Shown here in pieces: positions 1 through 9,028 of a stretch of 37,514 bases of DNA. The number at the start of each line of letters is the position of its first letter. The stretch's first letter is position 1. The stretch comes from an uncultured bacterium. Its GTDB lineage: Bacteria; Myxococcota_A; UBA796. The notes beneath the pieces are model-generated. The model ran no database searches and was not told where the DNA came from. It saw only the letters and a list, made by a program, of their open reading frames with translations. Position numbers and translations under genes: made by a program. The stretch covers positions 1-37,514 of the forward strand of contig CAWVVG010000002.1 in NCBI GenBank assembly GCA_963932775.1, given 5' to 3'.

Positions 1-1611
1 TTCCACAGCTTCAATGGCCGATGAAACACACGCTCCCAAGTCCCCCGGGATCAATGCATACGTCTTGGCACCGCGCTCAATGGCCGAGAAGTCCAACACA
101 TTGTCCACCAGGCGACTCAAGCGCTCTGACTCGCGCACAATGGCTCGATAATCCCGCTGCTGCTCCTCCACCGTATCGCTGAGTCCAAGCATCAAGCTCT
201 CTGCCTTGAGTCTGATCTGGGTAATGGGAGACCGCAATTCGTGGGAAACATTGGCAGCAAAGTCCGCCTTTACTCGAGCGCTGTCGAGCTCTGTGTTGAC
301 GAATCGGGCCGTGGAGAGCGCTCCAACCCCGATCATCGCAATGGCCAATACAATGATGCCAATTCTTCGGTTTCGGCGAAGCTTGAGGTCGGCCGCCAAA
401 GCCTCAGGATCCCGGGGCACAGACACCACCGACCAACCCACCATCCACGGCACCAAGGATCGCCGGGCGAGCACACCGTCTGGCATGACACCCCCAGGTT
501 CGATGAGCTCGACCTTCACGGGTGCACCCACGGCGCTCACCGCCCGCGTCAAAGCCCGGGCCTCGTTCATCAAGACCTGCCGATCCAGGGCGAATGCGTA
601 TATGTCCTCGCCCCACCATGTGAGTGCCCACAGGCCTCGCTCACTCTCAATCCATCGAATCTTTCCTCTGCCAACACTGAGATTGAGCTGTCCCTCGAGC
701 ACACCATCCAGCTCGGGAAGCAACTCACCCGCCCAGTACAGCATCCGCATCCGTTCATCGATGCGTTCTCGGGTGGCTGCCACCCACTCCGTGTCAGAAA
801 ATGGCTCGAGACGAGACAGCGCGCGGCGAGCTACCGCACCCTCACCGCCTCGACCCACCGCCCAACGTCGGCCCATCAGCCTATCCACGAGGGTTCGTAG
901 ATCAGTGCCCGCCTCCGTCGGCTGAATGGAGAGCCGTTCTTCAGCACGGAACAGTTCCACCAGATCTTCCATACGAAACCCCCACGGGTCCCGTACGTTT
1001 CCATGGGCTTGAACCAAGTCGTTCAACAGGGGCTTGGCCTCGCCTGCACGGCCCGTCTGCACCATCACCCGTGCCCGATCAAACAGCATTCTGGCACGAA
1101 CCTGGCGACTGTTCGCTGCCCGCGCTGCACGACCGTACAGACGGGCCACAACCGCGTCATCTTCGTTTTGGCGCTCGGCCGACAGTGCGCGCTGCACACT
1201 GGGGTCAAAGATGTACTCAATGGGATCTACATCCAGTGCTTGGTCACGAAAGAACGGAGCCTTCAGGTTGAGGTCTTTGTCCATCTTGAGGGCGAGCAGG
1301 AGGTGGGGGTGAAGCTCTGTCGCCGCTTCCAGTGGGCTGCGGCCTCCCTCAAGTCTATCGATCATCTTTTCTTCAAAACCAATGAAGCCCTTCTCCGTCT
1401 GGGCCAAGAACGAGGCGGCTACTCCCTCTCCTTGTATCTCTACATCCTCCATGGCCGCGATTTCTTCGCCCTGCACAGAAGAGATTCCGAAGTAGGCCAG
1501 CAGCATCGACGGAAGCACGATCATGGCCGAACCCAAAACGATGATGCGCATTGATTTCTGCAAGCGCAGAGCATCCTGCATCGCACGGACGCGGCTCCGA
1601 TTAACGAGCAT
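1..1611 (-). CDS. Membrane sensor histidine kinase, 5' part only (HATPase domain lies beyond the window edge)
   Basis: The minus-strand frame is open from position 1 up to ATG 1611, with other in-frame ATGs at 1551 and 1671-1683. It is missing from the ORF track because it runs off the edge. My translation gives an N-terminal TM helix (MRIIVLGSAMIVLPSMLLAYFG), a roughly 370-aa extracytoplasmic region, a second TM (IGIIVLAIAMIGVGAL), a HisKA H-box FAANVSHELRSPITQI (about nt 215-260), then RLSRLVDNVLDFSAIERG. Confidence 0.85.
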   Translation of the reverse strand, partial: MLVNRSRVRAMQDALRLQKSMRIIVLGSAMIVLPSMLLAYFGISSVQGEEIAAMEDVEIQGEGVAASFLAQTEKGFIGFEEKMIDRLEGGRSPLEAATELHPHLLLALKMDKDLNLKAPFFRDQALDVDPIEYIFDPSVQRALSAERQNEDDAVVARLYGRAARAANSRQVRARMLFDRARVMVQTGRAGEAKPLLNDLVQAHGNVRDPWGFRMEDLVELFRAEERLSIQPTEAGTDLRTLVDRLMGRRWAVGRGGEGAVARRALSRLEPFSDTEWVAATRERIDERMRMLYWAGELLPELDGVLEGQLNLSVGRGKIRWIESERGLWALTWWGEDIYAFALDRQVLMNEARALTRAVSAVGAPVKVELIEPGGVMPDGVLARRSLVPWMVGWSVVSVPRDPEALAADLKLRRNRRIGIIVLAIAMIGVGALSTARFVNTELDSARVKADFAANVSHELRSPITQIRLKAESLMLGLSDTVEEQQRDYRAIVRESERLSRLVDNVLDFSAIERGAKTYALIPGDLGACVSSAIEAVE

Positions 1612-1694
1612 CACCGTTCGCAAGGCACGAACAAAAAGGCTGTGATTCGAGTTGGGCGGTTTGACTGCCATCAGCGCCATCATAAGTCAGTCCG

Positions 1695-2690
1695 ATGAAA
1701 GCGGTTCGGATCGATCAACATGGCGGGGGAGAAGTCCTGCGCGTCGTCACACTCCCAGAACCACAAGCAGGCGCGGGCGAGGTCGTGGTCCAAGTCACCC
1801 ACGTAGGCCTAAACCACCTGGACATCTGGGTGCGGCGAGGTGTGGATTCCCACCCCTTTCCGTTGCCACTCATTCCCGGCTCTGATGTAGTGGGTCTGCG
1901 CACCGATACCGGAGAGATGGTGGCGCTTCACCCGGGCTATGGCTGTGAGCGCTGTGACCCGTGCAACCGAGGACAACATAGCTTGTGCCGCCACTACGCC
2001 ATCCGAGGCGAAACCGTAAACGGTGGCATGTGCGAGCGAGTCGCAGTCCCTGAGTCCCACCTCTTGCCATGTCTTATCGATCCCGCTGGAGCTGCCGCCA
2101 CCCCCCTGAGCTTGCTCACGGCTTGGCACATGCTGGTCGGGCGGGCCAAGGTTCAGTCCGGCCAAACCGTGCTCATCCAGGCCGGTGCATCCGGGGTGGG
2201 TTCACTCGCCATTCAGATCGCAAAGCTCCATGGTGCCGAGGTCGCAGTGAGCGCCTCCACCCCCGAAAAGCGAAAGCGTTGCCTTGAGTTGGGGGCAGAC
2301 CACGCATGGGCGTACGAAGACGTTCGCGACAAGGTTCGATCATGGACCGGAAAGCGGGGCGTAGACATTGCCCTCGACCATGTGGGCACCGACACCTGGG
2401 ACACATCTGTGCGCGCACTGACCAAGGGGGGCTCACTGGTCACCTGCGGTGCCACCACGGGGCACGCGGCCCACATCGACCTCCGGGTGCTCTTCTTCAA
2501 ACAGCTCAATCTTCTGGGAAGCACCATGGGGACCATGGACGAGATGCGCCAAGCCTGGGCTGCTGTTTCTCGGGGTGAAATCCAGCCCGTGCTCGACAGG
2601 GTTCTGCCCATGTCCAATCTGGCCGAAGCCCACCAGCTCCTTGAAGATCGAACCATCGCCGGAAAAGTAGTCGTGGAGCAAGATCTCTAA
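1695..2690 (+). CDS. Zinc-type alcohol dehydrogenase / NADPH:quinone oxidoreductase family (MDR superfamily)
   Basis: 331-aa ORF. The N-terminal GroES-like part is MKAVRIDQHGGGEVLRVVTLPEPQAGAGEVVVQV..GLNHLDIWVRRG. The Rossmann motif is VLIQAGASGVGSLAIQIAKLHGAEV. The C-terminus (HQLLEDRTIAGKVVV) is typical of quinone oxidoreductases. Confidence 0.85.
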   Translation: MKAVRIDQHGGGEVLRVVTLPEPQAGAGEVVVQVTHVGLNHLDIWVRRGVDSHPFPLPLIPGSDVVGLRTDTGEMVALHPGYGCERCDPCNRGQHSLCRHYAIRGETVNGGMCERVAVPESHLLPCLIDPAGAAATPLSLLTAWHMLVGRAKVQSGQTVLIQAGASGVGSLAIQIAKLHGAEVAVSASTPEKRKRCLELGADHAWAYEDVRDKVRSWTGKRGVDIALDHVGTDTWDTSVRALTKGGSLVTCGATTGHAAHIDLRVLFFKQLNLLGSTMGTMDEMRQAWAAVSRGEIQPVLDRVLPMSNLAEAHQLLEDRTIAGKVVVEQDL

Positions 2691-2758
2691 GCCCGATGAC
2701 CCACCACAACGCATCGCTTCCCCGTTACGGGGAAACAAAGAACACACGAGGAGATAAA

Positions 2759-3772
2759 ATGGCCAGCGGAAGTACCAAGGCAGTTTACGCAGCGATCGGC
2801 GCAAACTCAGTGATCATGATTACCAAGCTCGGCGCTTTTTCAGTGACAGGGTCGGGAGCCATGCTGTCTGAAGGGATCCACTCGTTCGCAGACGTGTTGA
2901 ACCAGTCTCTGCTGGCCATGGGGATTAAAAAGGCCCAAAAAACCGCCACCAAAGATCACCCCTATGGCTTCGGTCAAGACAGCTTTGTCTGGGCCCTGAT
3001 CAGCGCCGTCGGGATTTTCTTCTTGGGGTGTGGAGTCACGCTGTACCACGGGGTCCACTCTCTGCTCCATCCCGAAGGGGTGAACCTTCAGAACATAGAA
3101 ATTGCGGGAGGCGTACTCCTGTTTTCACTCCTCTTGGAAAGCTGGACCCTGTGGATCGCCTACAAGGAAGTGCAGCGCGCAGCCAACGAGGCTGAGATCA
3201 GCTTCGGCGAATATGTGCGCAAAGGACCGGACCCAATGGCGGTTGCGGTCCTGCTGGAGGATGCTGCCGCCGTCGCCGGTGTAATTCTCGCAGCCATCTG
3301 TATTGGCCTCTATGTCCTCACAGGAAACCCCGTCTGGGATGCTGTGGGCTCCCTCATCATTGCGTTCTTGTTGGGCACGGTCGCCATTTTCTTGGTGATC
3401 AAGAACCGAGAATCCCTTCTGAGCCAAGCCGTGACACCCCAACAACAACAACAAGTGCTCGATATCCTGCTGGCAGACCCGGCTGTGGAGTCGGTCCAAG
3501 ATGTGAAGGCCACAGTCTTGGGTGCAGACAGCTTCCGGTTCAAGGCGGAAATCGACTTTGACGGCACGGCGATTGCAGCACACTGGCTTGAACAGCAGGA
3601 CCTTGAGGACCTGTTCGTGAAGGCCAGCGCGGATCAGGAATCGTTCCGTGCCTTCCTGCTTCAGTATGGTGAACACATCTGCACCGCTCTCGGCGATGAG
3701 ATCGATAGAATCGAGTCGAAAATTCACGCGACGGTGCCCAAAGCCAAACATGTTGACCTGGAGGTGGAGTAA
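2759..3772 (+). CDS. Cation diffusion facilitator (CDF) family metal efflux transporter
   Basis: The ORF is 2696..3772. I prefer ATG 2759, which is preceded by GAGGAG (2747-2752). The TM-rich N-terminal half carries the CDF signature SEGIHSFADVLNQ and DHPYGFGQ, and the C-terminal cytoplasmic domain follows. The stop overlaps the next start (TAATG). Confidence 0.85.
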   Translation: MASGSTKAVYAAIGANSVIMITKLGAFSVTGSGAMLSEGIHSFADVLNQSLLAMGIKKAQKTATKDHPYGFGQDSFVWALISAVGIFFLGCGVTLYHGVHSLLHPEGVNLQNIEIAGGVLLFSLLLESWTLWIAYKEVQRAANEAEISFGEYVRKGPDPMAVAVLLEDAAAVAGVILAAICIGLYVLTGNPVWDAVGSLIIAFLLGTVAIFLVIKNRESLLSQAVTPQQQQQVLDILLADPAVESVQDVKATVLGADSFRFKAEIDFDGTAIAAHWLEQQDLEDLFVKASADQESFRAFLLQYGEHICTALGDEIDRIESKIHATVPKAKHVDLEVE

Positions 3773-4122
3773 TGAACAACGACTGTTCTCTGGCAGACCG
3801 CACGTGTGAGCCTTGCCGGGGCGGAACTCCGCCCATGACGGCTCAAGAGGCCGAGACCATGCTGACCGAGCTCAACGGTGGCTGGCTCATCAACGAGGCC
3901 GGACACCTCGAGCACGCTTTTGTCTTCCCAGACTTTATGGGGGCCCTACACTTCGCCAACCAGGTTGGAGCCGTAGCGGAGGAGGCGGGCCATCACCCTG
4001 ACCTATTCGTTGCATGGGGAAAATGCGGTGTCGAGATCTGGACCCACAAAATAGCTGGACTGGCGGAGGCTGACTTCATCCTCGCGGCCAAGACAAGCCG
4101 CATCTACGAGACCTTGCCGTAG
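3772..4122 (+). CDS. phhB: Pterin-4a-carbinolamine dehydratase (PCD/DCoH)
   Basis: 116 aa. GGWLINEAGHLEHAFVFPDFMGALHFANQVGAVAEEAGHHPDLFVAWGKCGVEIWTHKIAGL matches the PCD family pattern, including the HHPD motif. Confidence 0.85.
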   Translation: MNNDCSLADRTCEPCRGGTPPMTAQEAETMLTELNGGWLINEAGHLEHAFVFPDFMGALHFANQVGAVAEEAGHHPDLFVAWGKCGVEIWTHKIAGLAEADFILAAKTSRIYETLP

Positions 4123-4355
4123 ACCTCGCCCACGAGCTTTCGGACCCGGGCCGGACTGACTGCTGGCTGCCCCGACACAGAAAAGGCCCAGGCTATATTG
4201 CCCATGCAGCGATGGATCGCATCGGCCTTTGAGTGGCCAAGTCTGCGCATTACCGCTGCCCGATCACGAATCTCCGAAACCGTAGCGTCCTCTCGAGAGA
4301 CAGCCTCGGTCGAGTTCTCTCGGTCCTCTTTTTCATCCATCCAGCAAAATGGCAT
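4104..4355 (-). CDS. Small hypothetical protein (83 aa), function unknown
   Basis: The ORF track gives 4104..4382 (GTG). ATG 4355 is preceded by GGAGG (complement of 4364-4368) at 8-nt spacing, so I prefer it. The amino-acid composition looks protein-like, unlike the overlapping + strand ORF 4198..4416. I recognised no motif. The 3' end overlaps phhB by 19 nt. Confidence 0.45.
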   Translation of the reverse strand: MPFCWMDEKEDRENSTEAVSREDATVSEIRDRAAVMRRLGHSKADAIHRCMGNIAWAFSVSGQPAVSPARVRKLVGEVYGKVS

Positions 4356-4489
4356 CGACTGTTCCTCCGCCCTGAACGTCACCCGTCACATTGACCTATG
4401 CAAACTCATCATCTAAACGACAATAAAATCCGTTACTACAATCAAGATTAAGTAGGGAGGAAAAGAAAATCTCTGTAGAACTCTCTGAA
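4356..4489. promoter_or_regulatory. AT-rich divergent intergenic region (probable promoters for the 83-aa gene and the cNMP-binding gene pair)
   Basis: This is the most AT-rich stretch of the window (ctaaacgacaataaaatccgttactacaatcaagattaag). It contains TTGACC at 4391-4396 and a -10-like TAAAAT at 4424-4429. These elements are not experimentally anchored. Confidence 0.35.
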
Positions 4490-4987
4490 ATGTACCTCTT
4501 TAAAGGGGTCTCTAAAGAGGCACTCCGGGCCCTCTCAAGCCTGGCCCCGCCTGTTTCCTTTAAGCCCGGCGTCACCCTGTTCAACCAAGGTGACCCGTCC
4601 GATGTGGCCCTCTTGCTGCTGGAAGGAAAGCTCGGTGTGGAGATTGCCATCGCGGGTCAACACCGAGAAGTGGGTACGATTAATGTGGGTGAAATCGTGG
4701 GCGAGACAGCCCTCTTTGCCCGGGAAGGAAAAAGAAGCGCCACAGTGCGCGCCCTGCAAACGTCCACGTGTCTGATCATTTCCAAGGACTTGTTGATCGA
4801 GGGAAATAAGAATTCGGCAGTGATCGCCATCGAGCGCCACCTGCTGAGCACGCTCGCTCGCCGGGTCCGTCGCACCAACCAAGAGATCAACAAACTCTGG
4901 AAGGAACTGGGCGTGACTGAAAAACCGAGACCGACTGGGTCCGGTTGGGCCAAAAAACTCAAACAGATCTTCCAAGGATCACGATGA
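4490..4987 (+). CDS. Stand-alone cyclic nucleotide-binding (cNMP/CAP-effector) domain protein
   Basis: 165 aa. LFKGVSKEALRALSSLAPPVSFKPGVTLFNQGDPSDVALLLLEGKLGV...GEIVGETALF..GKRSATVRAL matches the beta-roll and phosphate-binding-cassette pattern. No output domain is present. Confidence 0.8.
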   Translation: MYLFKGVSKEALRALSSLAPPVSFKPGVTLFNQGDPSDVALLLLEGKLGVEIAIAGQHREVGTINVGEIVGETALFAREGKRSATVRALQTSTCLIISKDLLIEGNKNSAVIAIERHLLSTLARRVRRTNQEINKLWKELGVTEKPRPTGSGWAKKLKQIFQGSR

Positions 4988-5688
4988 GCCAAATCTCAAC
5001 AACAGACTCTGACGAACTCGCCAAGCGCATCGTCACCCAACATTATTTTCCAGGCGCCAGCTCCGTAGCCATCGAGCGTGTCCTGTCCAAAGGAGTCCTC
5101 AGAAGCGTGCCTAACGGCGAAGAGATCTGCAGCGAGGGAGACCCTGGGAATGAATTTTTCTTCCTGTTGCGAGGCCATATCTCCGTGATGCGTCGAGACA
5201 TTACCGGTACCAATCGAGTGCTCTCCAACACGACCAGTCCGGCCGTCTTTGGCCACATGGCCGTGATCGATGGGTCCAAACGCTCTGCAACCTGTGTGGC
5301 CAACGGTCCTGTCGAAGTCGTGGTTCTGCAGCGCAGTCAACTCGACCGGATGATCACCGAAGACTCTGTGGCCGGCATAGCACTCCGTCGCCTCCTCATC
5401 GCCAGCCTCTGCGACCAACTCTCGAGCGCAAACGGCTTTGTAAGAAAAATCGTCTTCGACCACGGCAACAGCACGGCCGAGAGTCAACAGCCCACCAAAC
5501 CACCAGCAAGACCAGTGTCACGAAGAGGGGCTGAGCCAACCAACACCACCGAAGATCTTCAGACCGTCTCAGCCATGCTCGGTGGATGGGCGAACGATCT
5601 CGCCGATCTCGAGAAGGTCCAAGGAGAGGTCACGCTGGTCATGGATGAAGACATGAAGCGCACCAACCAGGCTAAGAAGAAGCGCTAA
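4984..5688 (+). CDS. cNMP-binding domain protein with a disordered basic C-terminal tail
   Basis: The ORF is 4945..5688. ATG 4984 overlaps the upstream stop (ATGA). VPNGEEICSEGDPGNEFFFLLRGHISV...FGHMAVIDGSKRSATCVA is a cNMP-binding domain. The last roughly 90 aa are low-complexity and end in NQAKKKR. Confidence 0.8.
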   Translation: MSQISTTDSDELAKRIVTQHYFPGASSVAIERVLSKGVLRSVPNGEEICSEGDPGNEFFFLLRGHISVMRRDITGTNRVLSNTTSPAVFGHMAVIDGSKRSATCVANGPVEVVVLQRSQLDRMITEDSVAGIALRRLLIASLCDQLSSANGFVRKIVFDHGNSTAESQQPTKPPARPVSRRGAEPTNTTEDLQTVSAMLGGWANDLADLEKVQGEVTLVMDEDMKRTNQAKKKR

Positions 5689-6263
5689 GCTCGACGAATC
5701 GGGTCGCCGAGAGCGATGGTACCTCCCTCCAGCACCGTGAGGTAAACCCCTCTAAGTCGGTGTTGTTTGGCCGTTCGCTCGAAGCTGGCCACACCAAACC
5801 GAGCCCGAAACCTGTCACAAGGGACATGAGGGGTTTCGCTGACCTCTGTGAGCGAGGACCCGATGCGCAACACCGCACCGACCTCCAAGAAGTCTTCGTT
5901 CAAATTCAAGCGCGTAAATATGTTGTCGCCAAACAGCGCTATGGACTGGCCGTTGGCAATGGCTGACGCAACATCAAGATTCATCATGGACAACTGCTGA
6001 CCGCTTTCTGCCTTTCCCGCCGCCCAGCGATCTCCGAGCAGCCCCTGTGTAACGCTCAAGTCGGTAGAAATTGGCTGCTGACGGGAACCATTTACGCAGC
6101 GGACGACCAGTGCATCCAGAGATGCCCAGTTGTTTACAAAGGATATTTCGGCATCTTTGAGTGCCCCAGTCAACGCGCTGTGAGACATGTGCAGAGCCGC
6201 GTCACCTATGAGCTCTGGTCCTTCAAAAATCGAACGGGCCCACGCTCGGGTATCAACAGCCAT
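5685..6263 (-). CDS. MOSC domain-containing protein (YiiM-like)
   Basis: 192 aa. The MOSC pattern is present: GLLGDRW, FGDNIF..LNEDFLEVGAVLRIGSSLTEVSETPHVPCDRF, RGVYLTVLEGGTIALGDPI. Confidence 0.7.
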   Translation of the reverse strand: MAVDTRAWARSIFEGPELIGDAALHMSHSALTGALKDAEISFVNNWASLDALVVRCVNGSRQQPISTDLSVTQGLLGDRWAAGKAESGQQLSMMNLDVASAIANGQSIALFGDNIFTRLNLNEDFLEVGAVLRIGSSLTEVSETPHVPCDRFRARFGVASFERTAKQHRLRGVYLTVLEGGTIALGDPIRRA

Positions 6264-6307
6264 GAATCCTCCACTGACTCAGGTGATAGAGTAGCATCGC
6301 GAACAGC

Positions 6308-9013
6308 ATGTCAAAACAAATCACCAAACAACTCGACCGAAGCCTTGGACTCGTTTCTGTATTCAGCCTCGCGGTGGGTGCCATGCTTGGCTCCGGGATT
6401 TTTGTGTTGCCCGGTATTGCCGCGGCGATCGCAGGCCCATGGGTGTGCCTGAGCTACCTCCTTGCTGGACTGTTCGTGATGCCCGCCCTCTTGAGTAAAG
6501 CGGAGCTCGCCACAGCCATGCCTGTTGCCGGTGGCACATACACCTACGTGGAACGCTCCATGGGGCCGTGGATGGGAACCATCGCCGGCCTTGGCAATTG
6601 GTTCACCTTGTCGGCAAAAACAGCCTTCGCCTTAGTGGGGCTGGGCGGCTACCTCACGATCTTCTCAGATGCCAATCCGATGGGCGTCTCATTGAGCATT
6701 CTGGCGATCATGATCGCACTGAATGTCCTGGGAGCCTCCAAAGCCTCCCTGCTTCAGACCATCATCGTTGCCATCTGCTTGCTGGGTTTGGTTGTCTTCA
6801 CCATTTTCGGCGGCATGTCAGCGAATGTAGCTCTTCAGGACCCCCCGTTTCCCGCCGGTGCCGCTGGCATCCTCGGAGGGGCCGGGTTTGTGTTTGTCTC
6901 CTATGCGGGAGTGACAAAAATTTGCTCGGTGGCTGAGGAAATCAAGAACCCCGAGCGAAACATTCCATTGGCAATGTTCCTGGCCCAGGCGACAGTCATG
7001 TCATTGTATGCCATGGTCTCGTGGGTAATCACAGCCAATGTTCCCTACGCAAGCATGGCCACAGACATTGCTCCCATGGCCACTGCCGCCAAGGCCATCG
7101 GCGGGCGGCCAGCAGAGGTTGCCACAGCGATATTGGCCATCGCTGCCCTATCAAGCATGTGCAATGCAGGGGTGATGGCTTCCGCTCGAGATCCTTTCGC
7201 AATGAGTCGCGACAAAATCTTTCCACCGCTTTTTTCCTCGATCCAACAACGATTTAGGACCCCTGTCTTCGCAATCATCCTGACCGGAGTATTGCTGGTC
7301 TGTCTGGTCATCTTTCTACCCGTAGTGAAGCTGGCCAAGCTGGCTAGCGGCTTCAAGATCTTCATCTTTTGCCTGGTGAATCTAACGGTGATCATTCTCC
7401 GGGAAACGGGCGTTCGCTGGTACCGCCCCAAGTTCAAGAGCCCCCTCTATCCATGGGTTCAAGTGGCCGGAATCCTGGGCGGAGTCTGGCTGCTGTATGA
7501 GCTGGGAGTCATGGCCATCGCCGGTGTCAGCCTCGCTGTGCTCGTCGGGACGGCCTGGTACTTCATCTACGTTCGAAAGCGGGTACAGAGAAAGAGCCTC
7601 TTTCAGATGCTCTGGGGAGAGGCCCATACCCTGAAAGCAACCGAAGAAGCCGAACAAGCCGAATTGGCAGCCGCTGAAGAGCCTCGGGTCATCGTTCCGG
7701 TTTTCGGTGGTGAGCCTGCAGCCTCCAGGCTGGTTCAATTGGCAGCAAGCTTCGTGGAACGAGGCAAGCTAGAAGTCTGCCGCCTCGAAGAAGTCCCTTA
7801 CCAAGCTCAATTAACGTCTTTCCTGGTGGCCGATGACGAGGTTCTCGACCTGGCTGCCCGAGCGGCACAGATTGGACAAGAGGCCCATGTAGAGGTCGAA
7901 TTCAAGGACATTGTGACCCACAATGCCCATGGTGCACTCCACAGTCACGCCACCACTACCAATGCGGACTGGATCGTCATGGAGTGGCCATCGCGCAGTG
8001 AGCTTCACTACATCATTCGGCACCCCTTCACCTGGTGGATCAACAATCCTCCATGTGACCTGGCCATTTTCCTCGACCGGGCAGGTCCTTACGATGGTGA
8101 GACCCGAGACGACTTCAGGCGCATCTTAGTTTTAGCCAGTCCTGGGCCCTATGACTCGCTGATGGTTCATGTTGCCGACTGCTTGGCCGCCACACAAATG
8201 GATGCCCGGGTGACTTTGTTTTGGCCCATTTCCGAGGATGCCGGAGCCATGGAGGTCGACCAACACCGGCAGTATCACGAGCAGCTCGCTTCTCTGTGTG
8301 CCTCGCCTTGCGATAGTCGCATTGTTCGCGGACCCAACAACCTCTCAACCATCCGGGATGTGAGTGCCGACTACGACCTGCTGATCACGGGGGCACCCGA
8401 GGAAACCACCTTTCGGACCCTGTTTAAAGGTTCTTGGGCACACAAGGTTGCATCCGCGGCAACCTGCAGTGTCTTGAAGCTCAAAGCTCCCCGCCATCAA
8501 GTCCATCATCGCTTCGACCTTCGAAGGGAGGACACCCAAGAGCAGATGATCCTGACCCCCTACATCCATCATGCTGTGGTCGGCCACCGAATCGCTGTGA
8601 GTAAGAAACCAGACTTGTTCAAAATCGTGGGTGACATGGTGGAAGCCACCGGAGCCACACCCAATGCGCAGTCGGTGTCCACCGCATTGTTCGAACGTGA
8701 ACGACAACAGAACACCGCCCTGAGGGAAGGTGTGGCGATATCTGCACCCACCGTCGAAACCCTGCGACACACCCAGGTGGTGGTGCTTACACTCGAGCAG
8801 GCCATCGACTACCAAAGCGGAGGTCGCCCCATGGTCGATGTGGTGCTGCTTGTGCTCGCACCCCGCTCCGATCGCCAGTCCCAGCTGTGGGTCCTTGAGC
8901 GCTTGGCCAGGATGGCTCTGAGGAGTGACCTTCTCCGGCGATTGCGTGAGGCTGAAGACGATGACGCCATTCGTGAGGCGGTGTTGGGCGTCCTCAATGA
9001 AGAGAAGATTTAA
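6308..9013 (+). CDS. APC-family amino acid/polyamine permease fused to two Usp-like domains and a C-terminal PTS EIIA(Ntr)-like domain
   Basis: 901 aa. The N-terminal roughly 430 aa are polytopic with the APC signature (LGLVSVFSLAVGAMLGSGIFVLPG). Two Usp-like alpha/beta modules follow (PRVIVPVFGG..., FRRILVLASPGPYDS...DYDLLITGAPEE...GSWAHKVASAATCSVLKLK). The last roughly 157 aa align to PtsN-type EIIA (REGVAISAP...VDVVLLVLAP...LLRRLREAEDDDAI). Confidence 0.9.
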   Translation: MSKQITKQLDRSLGLVSVFSLAVGAMLGSGIFVLPGIAAAIAGPWVCLSYLLAGLFVMPALLSKAELATAMPVAGGTYTYVERSMGPWMGTIAGLGNWFTLSAKTAFALVGLGGYLTIFSDANPMGVSLSILAIMIALNVLGASKASLLQTIIVAICLLGLVVFTIFGGMSANVALQDPPFPAGAAGILGGAGFVFVSYAGVTKICSVAEEIKNPERNIPLAMFLAQATVMSLYAMVSWVITANVPYASMATDIAPMATAAKAIGGRPAEVATAILAIAALSSMCNAGVMASARDPFAMSRDKIFPPLFSSIQQRFRTPVFAIILTGVLLVCLVIFLPVVKLAKLASGFKIFIFCLVNLTVIILRETGVRWYRPKFKSPLYPWVQVAGILGGVWLLYELGVMAIAGVSLAVLVGTAWYFIYVRKRVQRKSLFQMLWGEAHTLKATEEAEQAELAAAEEPRVIVPVFGGEPAASRLVQLAASFVERGKLEVCRLEEVPYQAQLTSFLVADDEVLDLAARAAQIGQEAHVEVEFKDIVTHNAHGALHSHATTTNADWIVMEWPSRSELHYIIRHPFTWWINNPPCDLAIFLDRAGPYDGETRDDFRRILVLASPGPYDSLMVHVADCLAATQMDARVTLFWPISEDAGAMEVDQHRQYHEQLASLCASPCDSRIVRGPNNLSTIRDVSADYDLLITGAPEETTFRTLFKGSWAHKVASAATCSVLKLKAPRHQVHHRFDLRREDTQEQMILTPYIHHAVVGHRIAVSKKPDLFKIVGDMVEATGATPNAQSVSTALFERERQQNTALREGVAISAPTVETLRHTQVVVLTLEQAIDYQSGGRPMVDVVLLVLAPRSDRQSQLWVLERLARMALRSDLLRRLREAEDDDAIREAVLGVLNEEKI

Positions 9014-9028
9014 GCCCAACTCAGCGGC

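Noticed and set aside
206-1554. Several + strand ORFs (206..925, 241..900, 801..1271, 1003..1554)
   Set aside because: All are antisense to the edge-truncated histidine kinase frame, which reads through with TM segments and a HisKA H-box. Their translations are Ser/Arg/Pro-rich junk.
3440-3454. (CAA)5 trinucleotide repeat
   Set aside because: It encodes a QQQQQ linker inside the CDF transporter. Changes in repeat number would stay in frame. It is short and unremarkable.
4104-4122. Convergent genes overlapping at their 3' ends (also 5685-5688, 17701-17704, 31193-31196, 32596-32615)
   Set aside because: I interpret this as general genome compaction. The overlaps leave no room for terminators, but I saw no specific signal. 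The 19-20-nt overlaps depend on ORF ends that are unambiguous stops, so they are real but not obviously functional.
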